From: Deltaproteobacteria bacterium
Lineage (GTDB): Bacteria; Myxococcota_A; UBA9160; UBA6930
NCBI GenBank assembly: GCA_031387905.1
Contig: JANNDT010000277.1
Location: forward strand, 1 to 60,344
Direction: 5' to 3'
Length of the DNA: 60,344 nt
Under the pieces are notes generated by a model, which made no database searches, was not told the DNA's origin, and was given only the letters and a program-made list of their open reading frames with translations. Both the position numbers and the translations under genes were made by a program. Position 1 is the first letter of the stretch. Each line of letters opens with the position of its first letter. Shown here piece by piece: positions 43,439-53,600 of the stretch.

Positions 43439-44602
43439 ATGCCCTACGCCACTGGCCGCGAGATTCACGACGCCGACGCGCATGTGATGGAGACGCCCGA
43501 TTGGCTCGTGCCTTTCGCCGACCCGGCGATTCGTCCGCGCTTGCCGCAGCTCTATCTCGCGACCACGAGACCCGGCGAGGATCGCTTGATCGACAAGTTC
43601 GCGCGCATGCACGCGGACCCGGCCTATCGCGCGCGCGACGCCGAAGAGATCATGCAGCGCAAGAACTGGGCGGCGACGGGCTCGTTCCTGAAGCACGACC
43701 GCCCGCAGGCGCTCGACTTGTTGGGGTTCAAGAGCCAGCTGTTGTTCAACACTTTCCAGAACGAGACCCTCGGCAAGCTCGAGCACGCGGACGATCTCGA
43801 GCTCGCCTACGGCGTCGCGCGCGCACACAACCGCGCGATGGCGGATTTCTGCGCCGTGGACGCGCGCCTGCTCGCGACGGCCTACGTGCCGCTCGCAGAT
43901 TTCGGGCGCGCCCGAGCGATGGCGGAGGAAGCGCTCGCGCTCGGCGCGAAGGCGCTGCTGATTCCTTCGCGCTGCCCGCGCCATCACTCGCCGAGCCACA
44001 TCGCGTTCGACCCGGTCTGGGCGATTGCGCAGGAAGCGCGCGTGCCGGTGCTGTTCCACGTCGGCGGCGGCGCCCCGCTCTGCTCGCCGAAGTATTTCGA
44101 GAACGGCCTGCCCGCCGAGAAGGACTTCCACGGCGGCGACGAGAACTTCCAAAGCATCGACCACATGGCGATTCCGTTTCCGCCGATGCAAACGCTCTCG
44201 ACCATGATCTTCGACGGCGTTTTCGAGCGGCACCCACTTCTCATGTTCGGCGTGATCGAGCAGGGCGCGCTCTGGTTGCCGAGCTGGATGCGTGCGATGG
44301 ACGCGGCGCTCGAAGCTTATGGCCGGCACGAGCGGCGGCTCGCGAAGCTGCGGCTCAAGCCGAGCGAGTACGTACGGCGGCAGCTGCGCGTGACGCCCTA
44401 CCCGACCGAGGACGTGGGCTGGATCGTGCGCGAGGCGGGCGAGGAGGTGTGCCTGTTCTCCTCCGACTACCCGCACGTCGAAGGCGGGCGCAATCCGCTG
44501 CGGCGCTTCGCGACGACGACGCAGGGGCTCGGCGAGCGCGCGCTCGACCGGTTTTACCGCGCAAACTTCGCGGAGCTGATGGGGCCGCACACGCCCCAAT
44601 AA
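43439..44602 (+). CDS. Amidohydrolase_2 (ACMSD/decarboxylase-like) family protein
   Basis: 387 aa. Motifs: IHDADAHVMETPDW, PVLFHVGGG, LFSSDYPHVEGG. Confidence 0.85.
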   Translation: MPYATGREIHDADAHVMETPDWLVPFADPAIRPRLPQLYLATTRPGEDRLIDKFARMHADPAYRARDAEEIMQRKNWAATGSFLKHDRPQALDLLGFKSQLLFNTFQNETLGKLEHADDLELAYGVARAHNRAMADFCAVDARLLATAYVPLADFGRARAMAEEALALGAKALLIPSRCPRHHSPSHIAFDPVWAIAQEARVPVLFHVGGGAPLCSPKYFENGLPAEKDFHGGDENFQSIDHMAIPFPPMQTLSTMIFDGVFERHPLLMFGVIEQGALWLPSWMRAMDAALEAYGRHERRLAKLRLKPSEYVRRQLRVTPYPTEDVGWIVREAGEEVCLFSSDYPHVEGGRNPLRRFATTTQGLGERALDRFYRANFAELMGPHTPQ

Positions 44603-44614
44603 CAAGGACTGCCA

Positions 44615-45478
44615 GTGGCGAGCACAGCGCAGCAAGTCGATCCGTGGCGCTTCACGGGCACGTTCCTCGAGAACCTGCTCTCGCGCGGCATCCCGAAGGA
44701 GCCGGCGTGGCCGCCGATTCCGTGGACGCCGCTCGCGAAGCCCCTGGCGCAGTGCCGCGTTGCGCTGCTCTCGACCGCGGGCATCAGCCAGCGCGGCGAC
44801 GCGCCGTTCGACATGGAGTACGAGCGCCAGAACCCGACGCGCGGCGATTCCTCGTGGCGGCGGCTGCGCGCGGATTCCAGCCCGGCGACGATCGAGGCGA
44901 ACCACCTGCACATCGACACCAGCTACATCGCGCGCGATCTGAATGTCGCGCTGCCACTCGATCGGCTGCGCGAACTCGCGGCCTTGGGCGAGGTGGGCTC
45001 AGTCGCGCCAAGCCACTACTCGATCATGGGTTATCAGGGCGGCGACTCGTCCGCGCTCGAACAGCGCAGCGCGCCCGAGATCGCGGCGGCGATGAAGAGC
45101 GAAGAGGCCGATCTCGCGATTCTCGTTCCGGTTTGACCGGACTGCTGCCGGTCCGTGGGACTGGTCGCACGGGTGATCGAGGCCGCAGGCATCACGACCG
45201 TCACCTTGAACCCACTCTGGGTGCATCACCTGCGCGTCGGCATGCCGCGGGTCGCGGCGGTGGAGCATCCGTTCGGGCGGCCGATGGGCGATGTCGGCGA
45301 TGCGGAGACGCAGCGCGCCGTGTTGCGCGCGGCGCTCGCTGTGGCGGTGAACGCGCGCGAAGCGGGGCACGTCGAGCACTTGCCGTTCCGCTGGCACGAA
45401 GAACCGGCCGCGACGAAATGGCACCCGGCCGAACCGAGCCCAATCATCGCGTACATGAAGCAGCGCCAACGGGGCTGA
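44615..45478 (+). CDS. GrdB/PrdB-family reductase-like protein with an in-frame TGA at 45134..45136 read as selenocysteine (287 residues)
   Basis: Track ORFs 44615..45136 and 45155..45478 share one frame. Read-through gives LAILVPV-U-PDCCRSVGLVARVIEAAGITTV...EHPFGRPMGD, placing a U-x-x-C motif where the family carries Sec or Cys. Confidence 0.7.
45143..45169 (+). promoter_or_regulatory. Candidate bacterial SECIS hairpin downstream of the UGA
   Basis: CCGGUCC (45148..45154) pairs with GGACUGG (45158..45164), including one G-U pair, around a GUG loop. The stem can be extended through UGC/GCA. The apical loop lies about 19-21 nt after the UGA. Confidence 0.3.
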
Positions 45479-45542
45479 GCGCCGCGCAGTAAGCGCGCTC
45501 GGCCAGGCGGCGGCGGCGCGCGCCGCGGTAACGTCGCGCGTC

Positions 45543-46643
45543 GTGCGACCTCTCGTCTCGATCATCGCGCTCGCGCTTCTCATTCCCCTCGCGCTGAGCG
45601 CGTGCGGCCAGGGCCCACCCGGCGGCCCTCCGCAGTTCCCGCCCGCGCCGGTGCAGGTCATCACGGCCGAGGCGCGCAAATTGCCGCGCACCCTAACAGC
45701 CGTGGGTTCGCTCGAGAGCCCGCAGATGACGACCGTCTCGAGCGAAATCGATGGGCGTGTCGAATCGCTCGCGCTGCCCGAGGGCCAGCAGGTGCAGGCG
45801 GGCGCGTCGCTCGCGCGGCTCGACACGAAGACGGTCACCGCCGCGCTCGCCGTGGCGCAGGCGCGGCTGCAGAACGCGACGGATCGCCTCGCGCGGCTCG
45901 AGCCGTTGCGCGCGCAGGGCGTGGCGTCGGAGCAGGCGGTCGACGACGCGAAGGCCGAATTCGATGCGGCCACCGGCGCACACGACGAGGTCGCGACGCG
46001 CCTCGCGAAGCACACCATCCGAGCGCCGTTCGCGGGCACGCTCGGGCTCAAGCAGGTGAACGTCGGGCAGTTCGTGAAGGCGGGCGATCCGATCGTCGAG
46101 ATCACGCCGGCGCACGCGCTCGAGCTGCACTTCGCGGTGCCTCAGCAGTTCGTGCAGGAAGTCGCGGTAGGCCAACCGGTCGAGGGCGTGGTCGGGCGCT
46201 GTCAGCTGCGCTTCGAGGGAATTGTTACGGCGGTCGACCCGCGCGTCGATCCGCGCACGCGCATGGTGGGCCTGCGCGCGGGCGTCACCAAGACGAGCGG
46301 CGAACTCGTGCCGGGCATGGCGGTGCGCGTGCGGCTCGTGGTCGCAGAACTGTCGAACGCGATCGTGCTGCCGCAGGAAGCGATCGTGCGCCAAGGCTCG
46401 CAGCACCTGGTGTTCACGCTCGATGCTGCGAATCAGGCCGTGCCTCACGACGTAACGCTCGGTGAGTTCTTCCTCGACGGCGTGCACGTCGCGAGCGGCA
46501 TCGCCGCGGGCGAGATCGTGGTGGTCGCCGGCCACCAGAAGCTGCGCCCCGGTGCGCAGGCCGCACCGAGCCCGTGGACTGCGGTTGTCAATCCGAACAT
46601 CGACGTCGGGCGTTACGGCCCGGCTGATTGCGACGTGCGGTGA
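45543..46643 (+). CDS. RND efflux periplasmic adaptor (MFP) lipoprotein
   Basis: Lipobox LALSACG, plus barrel-sandwich and alpha-hairpin segments typical of the HlyD_D23 type. Confidence 0.9.
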   Translation: MRPLVSIIALALLIPLALSACGQGPPGGPPQFPPAPVQVITAEARKLPRTLTAVGSLESPQMTTVSSEIDGRVESLALPEGQQVQAGASLARLDTKTVTAALAVAQARLQNATDRLARLEPLRAQGVASEQAVDDAKAEFDAATGAHDEVATRLAKHTIRAPFAGTLGLKQVNVGQFVKAGDPIVEITPAHALELHFAVPQQFVQEVAVGQPVEGVVGRCQLRFEGIVTAVDPRVDPRTRMVGLRAGVTKTSGELVPGMAVRVRLVVAELSNAIVLPQEAIVRQGSQHLVFTLDAANQAVPHDVTLGEFFLDGVHVASGIAAGEIVVVAGHQKLRPGAQAAPSPWTAVVNPNIDVGRYGPADCDVR

Positions 46644-49600
46644 GGCTCTCCGATATCTCGATCGAGCGGCCCGTCTTCGCGACGGTGATGAGCCTGCTGA
46701 TCCTGGTCGCCGGTGTGGCGGCGTTCTTCTCACTGCCGATTCGCGAATTGCCGGACGTGGATTCGCCGGTCGTTGGGATCACCACGCTCTACGTCGGCGC
46801 GAGCCCGGAGACGGTGGAGGCGAGCGTCACCAAGCCGCTCGAAGACGTGATGAACGGCATCGAGGGCATCCGCAACATCGATTCGCTCTCCGCGTTCGGC
46901 GTCTCGACGATCAACGTGCACTTCGTCGCGGACCGCGATGTCGATACCGCCGCCACCGACGTCTCGAACGCGATCCAGCGCGCGCTCGGCGATCTGCCGC
47001 AGGAAGCCGAGCGCCCGATCGTGCGCAAGTCAGGCGCCAATAACACTCCGATCATGTTCATCAACGTGTTCGGCGACTCGCACTCGGCAGTCGATCGCAC
47101 GGACGTCGCGGATCGCTTGGTGAAAACGCCACTTCAGCTATTGCCCGGCGTCTCGCAGGCGATCATCAGCGGCGAGCGGCGTTACGCGATGCGCATCTGG
47201 CTCGACCCGGCGCGCATGGCGGCGCTGCACGTCGACCCGTCCGATGTCCGCCGCGCGCTCCAGGAGAGCAACCTCCAGCTACCCGCCGGCGAAGTGGAGG
47301 CCGCCACGCGCAAGTTCACGATCAATGCGGACGCGCGGCTCGAGAGCCCGGAGGCGTTCGGCGCGATCGTGATCCGCGAAGAAGCCGAGAACCCGGTGCG
47401 CATCCGCGACGTCGGCTGGGTCGAACTCGGCAGCGAGAATTATCAGATGATCACGCGCTTCACGGCGCGCGACACGGTGGGCGTCGGCATCGTGCGCCAA
47501 TCGCGCGCGAACGAGCTCGAAGTTTCCGACGCGGTGCACGCGCGGCTCGAAGAAGTGAAGAAGACGATGCCCGAAGGCTTCGAGACGAGCGTCGCCGTCG
47601 ACTGGACCCAGTACGTGCGCGACTCGCTGCGCGAAGTTTCCTTCACGCTCGCAATCGCGTTCGCGGTGGTCGTGCTCGTGAACCTCATCTTCTTGCAGTC
47701 GAAGACAGCGACTCTCGTCGCGAGCGTCGCGATCCCGATCAGTCTGATCGGCACCTTCGCCGGCATGGCTCTGCTCGGTTTCTCCCTGAACATGCTCACG
47801 CTGCTCGGGCTCGTGCTCTCGATCGGGCTGGTGGTGGACGACGCGATCGTCGTGCTCGAAAACGTGTATCGCCGCCAGGAACTCGGCGAGCCGATGCTGC
47901 AAGCTGCGCGGAACGGCGCGCGCGAAGTGGGCTTCCCGGTGCTCGCCACTACCGCGGCGCTCGTCGCCGTAATGATTCCGCTGGGCATGATGTCGGGCGA
48001 CACGGGCCGGCTCTTCCGCGAGTTCGCGCTGGCCGTCGCCGTCGCGATCGCGATCTCGGCGTTCGTGGCGCTCACGATCGTGCCGATGGTCTGCTCGCGC
48101 TGGCTGCAAGTGAAGCAGCGCAGCGACCGCGTCTCGCGCGCGATCAACGCGAACGTCGACGGCGCGCGCGACGCCTACGACCGCGTGCTCGCGTTCGCGC
48201 TCGCTCACCGCCGCGGCGTGATGACGATCTTTCTCGCGATGCTCGTCGCCACGGTGGGCATCTTCCGAGTGCTGCCGCAAACGTTCCTGCCGATCGAGGA
48301 CCGCGGTCGATTCATTACGGCGATCCGCGCGCCCGAGGGCTCCACCATCGCCTACACGCGCGCGGTGCTCGACAAAGTCGAGAAGACGCTGCTCGCGACG
48401 CCCGAGGTGGACACCTTCTTCGCCGCGATCGGCATCGGCTTCGGCGCGCCGGCGAGCTCGTCGACCGGCATCGTGTTCTCCTCGATGAAGGACTGGGGCG
48501 AGCGCGAGCGTTCCCAACAAGAGGTGGTCGCCGAACTGTTCCCGAAGTTCATGGCGATCCCCGAGGCGCTGGTGTTCGTGTTCAGCCCGTCGTCGTTGCA
48601 GCGCCAGAGCAACGCCGACGTCGAGATCGCGCTCACCAGCAGCAATGCGTCCCTCGACGAGTTTGCCGTCGCGATGAACGCGATCCTCGGGCGCGTGCGC
48701 CAGCTGCCGATGCTCGTGAACGTCGACAGCGACTTGCGGCTCGCGAACCCGCAGCTCGACATCCACTTCGATCGCGAGCGCGCCGCAGATCTCGGCGTGC
48801 CCGTGAGCGCCGTCTCACAAGCGCTCGCGATGCTCGTCTCGCAGGGCAAGGCCGACGATTTCATCCTGCGCAACGAACAATACGACGTGGTGATGGCGCT
48901 CGAATCGCCGTTTCGCAGCGTGCCCGAGCAACTCGGCCAGATTCACGTGCGCGCACGCGGCGGCGCCATGATTCCGCTCTCGGCGATGATCGAGGCGAGC
49001 CCGCAGATCGGGCCGACCTTCTTGAATCATTATGACTTGCAGCGCTCGGCGACTCTGACGGCGAACCTCGCCCCGGGCGCCGCGCTCGGCCCTGCCCTCG
49101 CAGCCGCCGAGCAGATCGTCGACGAAGAACTTCCGGACGGCTTCAGCAAGGCGCTGCGCGGCACCTCGCGCGAGTTCCGCGAATCCGGGGCCGCCATCTA
49201 CTTCACCTTCGCGCTCGCACTGCTCGTCATCTACCTCGTGCTCGCCGCGCAGTTCGAGAGCTTCCTCCACCCGTTCACCGTGTTGTTATCGGTGCCGCTC
49301 GCGACGCTCGGCGCGCTGCTCTCGCTGCTCGCCACCGGCAACACGATGAACCTCTACAGCCAGATCGGGATCATCCTGCTCGTCGGCCTCGTCACGAAGA
49401 ACGCAATCCTGCTCGTCGACTTCGCGAACCAGGAGCGCGCCCGCGGCGCGACCTTGATCGACGCGCTGCGCCGCGCCGGGCACACGCGCTTCCGGCCAAT
49501 TCTGATGACGAGCGCCACCTCGATCCTCGGCGCAATTCCGCTCGTCGTGCCGATGGGCCCCGGCGCCGAGAGCCGCGCCGCGATCGGCACCGCCGTAATT

Positions 49601-49726
49601 GGAGGACTCTTGTTCAGCACCGTGTTCACGCTCGTGATGATTCCGGTGTTCCATTACGGCGTGGTGACGCTCGCCGAGCGGCTCGGCCTGAAGACGATTC
49701 CGCCGCGCGTGGAGTTCGAGGGGTGA
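46640..49726 (+). CDS. RND efflux permease (AcrB/HAE1-like)
   Basis: MRLSDISIERPVFATVMSLLI. A GTGA overlap joins it to the MFP stop. 1028 aa with two large periplasmic loops and 12 TM segments. Confidence 0.95.
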   Translation: MRLSDISIERPVFATVMSLLILVAGVAAFFSLPIRELPDVDSPVVGITTLYVGASPETVEASVTKPLEDVMNGIEGIRNIDSLSAFGVSTINVHFVADRDVDTAATDVSNAIQRALGDLPQEAERPIVRKSGANNTPIMFINVFGDSHSAVDRTDVADRLVKTPLQLLPGVSQAIISGERRYAMRIWLDPARMAALHVDPSDVRRALQESNLQLPAGEVEAATRKFTINADARLESPEAFGAIVIREEAENPVRIRDVGWVELGSENYQMITRFTARDTVGVGIVRQSRANELEVSDAVHARLEEVKKTMPEGFETSVAVDWTQYVRDSLREVSFTLAIAFAVVVLVNLIFLQSKTATLVASVAIPISLIGTFAGMALLGFSLNMLTLLGLVLSIGLVVDDAIVVLENVYRRQELGEPMLQAARNGAREVGFPVLATTAALVAVMIPLGMMSGDTGRLFREFALAVAVAIAISAFVALTIVPMVCSRWLQVKQRSDRVSRAINANVDGARDAYDRVLAFALAHRRGVMTIFLAMLVATVGIFRVLPQTFLPIEDRGRFITAIRAPEGSTIAYTRAVLDKVEKTLLATPEVDTFFAAIGIGFGAPASSSTGIVFSSMKDWGERERSQQEVVAELFPKFMAIPEALVFVFSPSSLQRQSNADVEIALTSSNASLDEFAVAMNAILGRVRQLPMLVNVDSDLRLANPQLDIHFDRERAADLGVPVSAVSQALAMLVSQGKADDFILRNEQYDVVMALESPFRSVPEQLGQIHVRARGGAMIPLSAMIEASPQIGPTFLNHYDLQRSATLTANLAPGAALGPALAAAEQIVDEELPDGFSKALRGTSREFRESGAAIYFTFALALLVIYLVLAAQFESFLHPFTVLLSVPLATLGALLSLLATGNTMNLYSQIGIILLVGLVTKNAILLVDFANQERARGATLIDALRRAGHTRFRPILMTSATSILGAIPLVVPMGPGAESRAAIGTAVIGGLLFSTVFTLVMIPVFHYGVVTLAERLGLKTIPPRVEFEG

Positions 49727-49780
49727 TCAGGTTGGGGGCGTTCCACGAGGGCATGAATCGCCCGGTCATCGCGATGCGGA

Positions 49781-50515
49781 CTAGATGTAGAAGGGCCAGC
49801 CCCCGGCGAGAGTTCCCGCAGACAGACCCTGCGATGCGTCGAGGCTCGGCAAGAAGAAGTACGCGCTTCCTTTGACGTGCACGAAGCGCGGAAGCTTCCA
49901 CGCGAACGTCGGGGCGCTCGCTCCGGGCATCAGGAGCTTCCCGGTGCCGTCGTGCGCCCCGATCCAAGGATCTTTGTCCTCAGCGAGCGTGAGCGCAGAC
50001 GACGAGAGCGTGCTGTTGATCCAGTTCGCCTGCACGTACTCGAACTGGCGTGGGCGCCGACCGGACAGGCGTGCCCCTTGTTGTCGCCGGAGTAGCGGAA
50101 GTTGTTGTTACGGCTCGCAGCGTCGGCCAGCGCGAGACGTCCGCACTCGGGGCCAGGATCAGTGGCGCGCCGCTGCGCCAGCCCCCGCAGCTCCCCGCGT
50201 GCGCCGCGGCCGCCTGCGGGATCCTCCGCTTGTACTACGCCGTGAACCTGCGGCGTCTCGGCTTCCCCTCAGCTTCCGTGCCGCGCGTGTCCATCGCGAA
50301 CGCCATCGTATGCTCGGTCGTCACCCTCTACAAAGAACTCAGAGTGCCTGGGTGCCTCACGGACGTTGGCGCGGAGGGGGCACGCCCCGCGCTTGCGAGA
50401 CCGCGCACACACCGGTCGGTGCAGAGTGTGGCCTCGCAACGCTCACGACCACGGATCCCATAATCGGCGCCCACGACGGACCCAGAGGGCTTATGATTCC
50501 CGGCGGAATGGGCAT
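49781..50515 (-). pseudogene. Decayed DyP-type peroxidase gene (at least two frameshifts plus an internal deletion)
   Basis: DyP hallmarks are spread over three frames. These are PPGIISP near the ATG at 50515, GWRSGAPLILAP, NNNFRYSGDNKGHACPVGAHA, then QFEYVQANWINS...DPWIGAHDG...FVHVKGSAYFFLPSLDA directly after. The segment that normally follows the proximal His is missing. Confidence 0.7.
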
Positions 50516-50632
50516 GACTTCGAGTGGAACCCGCCGCACTCACTGAGAACGGGCGGCTGCGGGCCGCGGGGGCGAGGGGCGTCAAGCACGCGGCCGGGCG
50601 GACCGCGCTCCGTACCGAGGGGAAGCGACGCG

Positions 50633-53600
50633 GTGAACTGCGCCGACTGCCAGCACGAGAACTCCGCAAATGCGCGCTTCTGCGAGAGCTGCGGCGCGCG
50701 CCTGCAGCGAATGTGCGTGGACTGCGGTGAGCCGTTGCCGCCAGCGGCGCGCTTCTGCTCGCAGTGCGGTCGGTTCGTCGCCGAGGCCGGAGCAAAGGCG
50801 CTGAGCTCGCCCGCGGCTTCACCACAGGATCTCCCGCTTGCGCCTTCCGACGGAGAGCGGCGCCAGATCACGGCGATGTTCTGCGACCTCGTCGACTCGA
50901 CCGAGCTGAGCGAGCGCCTCGACGGCGAGGATTTCCGCGACCTGATCGCCACCTACCACGAGACCTGCTCCGCCGCGGTGAAGAGATTCGACGGGTACGT
51001 GGCGCAGCTGCTCGGCGACGGTGTGCTCGCTTATTTCGGCTTCCCACGGGCGCACGAGGACGACGCGCAGCGAGCGATTCGCGCGGGACTGGAGATCCAG
51101 TCAGCGCTCGCAGCTGCCAACCTGTCTCGCAGCGCCGCGGCGTTGCCCCAGGTCTTCGCCCGCATCGGCATCCACAGCGGCCCCGTGGTTGTCAGTCGGC
51201 TCGGCGGCGACGGGCGCCACGAGATGCTCGCACTCGGCGAGACGGTCAACGTCGCCGCGCGACTCCAAGCGGTCGCCTCGCCCGGCGGCTTGGTCGTGAC
51301 TGACGCGACCCTTCGTCTCGCGCCCGGCGTGTTCGTCACGCGCGATCTCGGTACGCCCGTCCTGAAGGGCATCTCGCTTCCAGTGCGCGTACATGCCGTC
51401 GAGCGCGCGCTCGGCAGCGCGGCCCGTCGCGTCGGGTTTCCGAAGGCGCCGCTCCTCGGGAGGGACCACGAACTCGACATGCTGCTCGCGCGCTGGGAGC
51501 GCGCCCTGGACGGACAGGGCCAGGTTGTCGCCGTCTCGGGCGAGCCGGGCATCGGGAAATCGCGGTTGCTAGCCGACTTCCGCGAGCGGATCGCTAGCGC
51601 GCCACACAGCGCGATTGAGCTTTACTGCTCTCCCTACGTGGCAGGGAGCGCGTTCCAGCCCTCTGTCGAAGCGTTCGAGACCGGGCTTGGCTTCGAGGAA
51701 AGCGACGAGCCAGAGGCGCGACTCGCGAAACTCGAGCAAGGCATGGCCCAGTTACCCGGCGTCGAGTTGACCGACGTGGTGCCCTACCTCGCTGCGCTCC
51801 TCAATCTGCCGCCGTCGCCGCGCTTCCCTCTCGAGCACATGAGCGTCGACGTTCAGCGCGAGAGGACACTGCAAGCGCTCCTCGCGCCATTGCTCGCGAT
51901 GGAGCGGATTCAGCCGGTCGTGATCGTCTTTGAAGATCTGCACTGGGCAGATCAGTCGTCGCTCGAGCTGATCGGGCGGCTCATCGATCAGACGCCAACG
52001 TTGCGCATGATGCTCGTGCTGACATACAGGCCTTCGTTCGCGCCGCCTTGGCCGCTCACACGTTCCTTCGTGACTCCGCTATCGCTCTCCCGCCTCGGAC
52101 GTCGCGCGATCCGAGCGTTGATCGAGGCGTGTGCGGGCCGGGCGCTTCCGGATCGAGTGCTGGAGGACATCGCTGCGCGCGCCGATGGAGTCCCGCTGTT
52201 CGCAGAGGAGCTCGCCCGTGCAGTGGTTGCGTCCGCTGTCGTGACCGAGAGCGGCGCGGCGTACGAGCCGTTCGGGCAACACGAGGACATCTCGATCCCA
52301 ACGACCTTGCAAGGCTCGCTCATGGCGCGCCTCGACCGTCTGAGCCAGGCGCGCCCAGTCGCGCAACTCGGATCAATACTCGGCCGAGAGTTCTCCTTCG
52401 GGCTGATCGAAGCGGTCTCCGACTTGGACGCCTCTTCACTGCGCAGCGGGCTCGACCAACTCGTAGCGGCGGACGTCCTGTACGTGCGCGGTTCGCCGCC
52501 CGTAGCGAGCTACACGTTCAAGCACGTGTTGCTCCAGGACACGGCGTACGCATCGCAGCTGAAGAGCCGCCGGCGTGAGTTGCATGCGCGCGCCGCGATA
52601 GCACTCGAAGAGCGCTTCCCCATGCGCGTCGCAGCCGAGCCGCAGGTCGTTGCGCGGCATTGCTCGGAGGGGGGACTCACGGCGCGCGCGATCGCGCACT
52701 TCGCGATTGCCGGACAACAGGCGATCGCGCGCCTCGCGAACCCTGAGGCGGCCGATCACTACGAGCAAGCGCTCGCGCTCTTGGCGACCCTGCCGGAGGA
52801 CACGGCGCGAAATCAGCAGGAGCTGACGCTGCGACTCGCGCTCGCAGGCCCGCTCTCAGCGCGCGGATACGACCACCCCAGCGTGCTCGCGAACTTCGCG
52901 CGAGCCGAGGCACTGTGCGAGGGCCTCGGCAGCGGGCCGGATCGGCTGCCCGGCCTCGTGAGTCTTGCTGTGTTGCACCAAGCGCGGGGAGATCTCGCTC
53001 GCGCGGGCCGTTGGGCGCGCGAGTTGCTGGCCGTCGCGGACGGCTTGGGTCTCGCGCCACTCCAACTGGCGGCTCACGCCATGCTCGGAGCGGTAACCGC
53101 GGGGTTCGGTTCCATCCCAGATTCGTGCGACCACTACGCACGCGTGTACTCGATCGCGTCGAGCCACGTAATCCCGCCACCGGTCGCGGCTTTCGACCTG
53201 GACATCGCGTCGGGCTTATCAGGCGGCTACGCGATCAGCCTCGTGCTGGCAGGCCGCCCGGATCAGGCGTTTCTAGAGCTCGACCGGGGGCTGACCCGCG
53301 CACGCGAGATCGGGCACCCGCACACGCTCGCTCTCGCGCTCTCGACTGGAGTGGTCGCCGCACACCTGAGCGAGGATCATGATCGCTTGCTCGCGCTCTC
53401 CGAGGAATGCTTGCAGGTGACGCGCGGGCGCGGCTTCGTACAGAACGAAGCGATCGCCGTCGCGTTCGGGGGATGGGCGCGCGTAATGCTCGGAGACGAC
53501 TCGGGTGCGGCGGCCTTCGACACGGGCCTCTCGAGGTTGCACGACTCTGGTGCAGTAGGAGGGGTGCACCAGTTCTACGTCGCCGCGACCGAAATCGCGA

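Noticed and set aside
42989-44911. 640-aa minus-strand ORF.
   Set aside because: Only the last 122 codons (42989..43357) look like a protein (NTF2/LEH fold, with a strong RBS). The rest is antisense to the amidohydrolase_2 gene.
45155-45478. Treating the 107-aa ORF as an independent gene.
   Set aside because: It has no RBS and shares its frame with the upstream ORF across a single TGA. The six bridging codons encode the conserved x-x-C part of the U-x-x-C motif, so it was merged into one Sec-containing CDS.
43378-45492. 704-aa plus-strand ORF covering the amidohydrolase_2 gene and the selenoprotein gene.
   Set aside because: It is the wrong frame relative to the motif-bearing ORFs 43439..44602 and 44615..45478, and its sequence is Arg-rich and low in complexity.
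49781-50035. 84-aa ORF as an intact small gene.
   Set aside because: It is the C-terminal remnant of the DyP pseudogene. The upstream DyP motifs continue in other frames.
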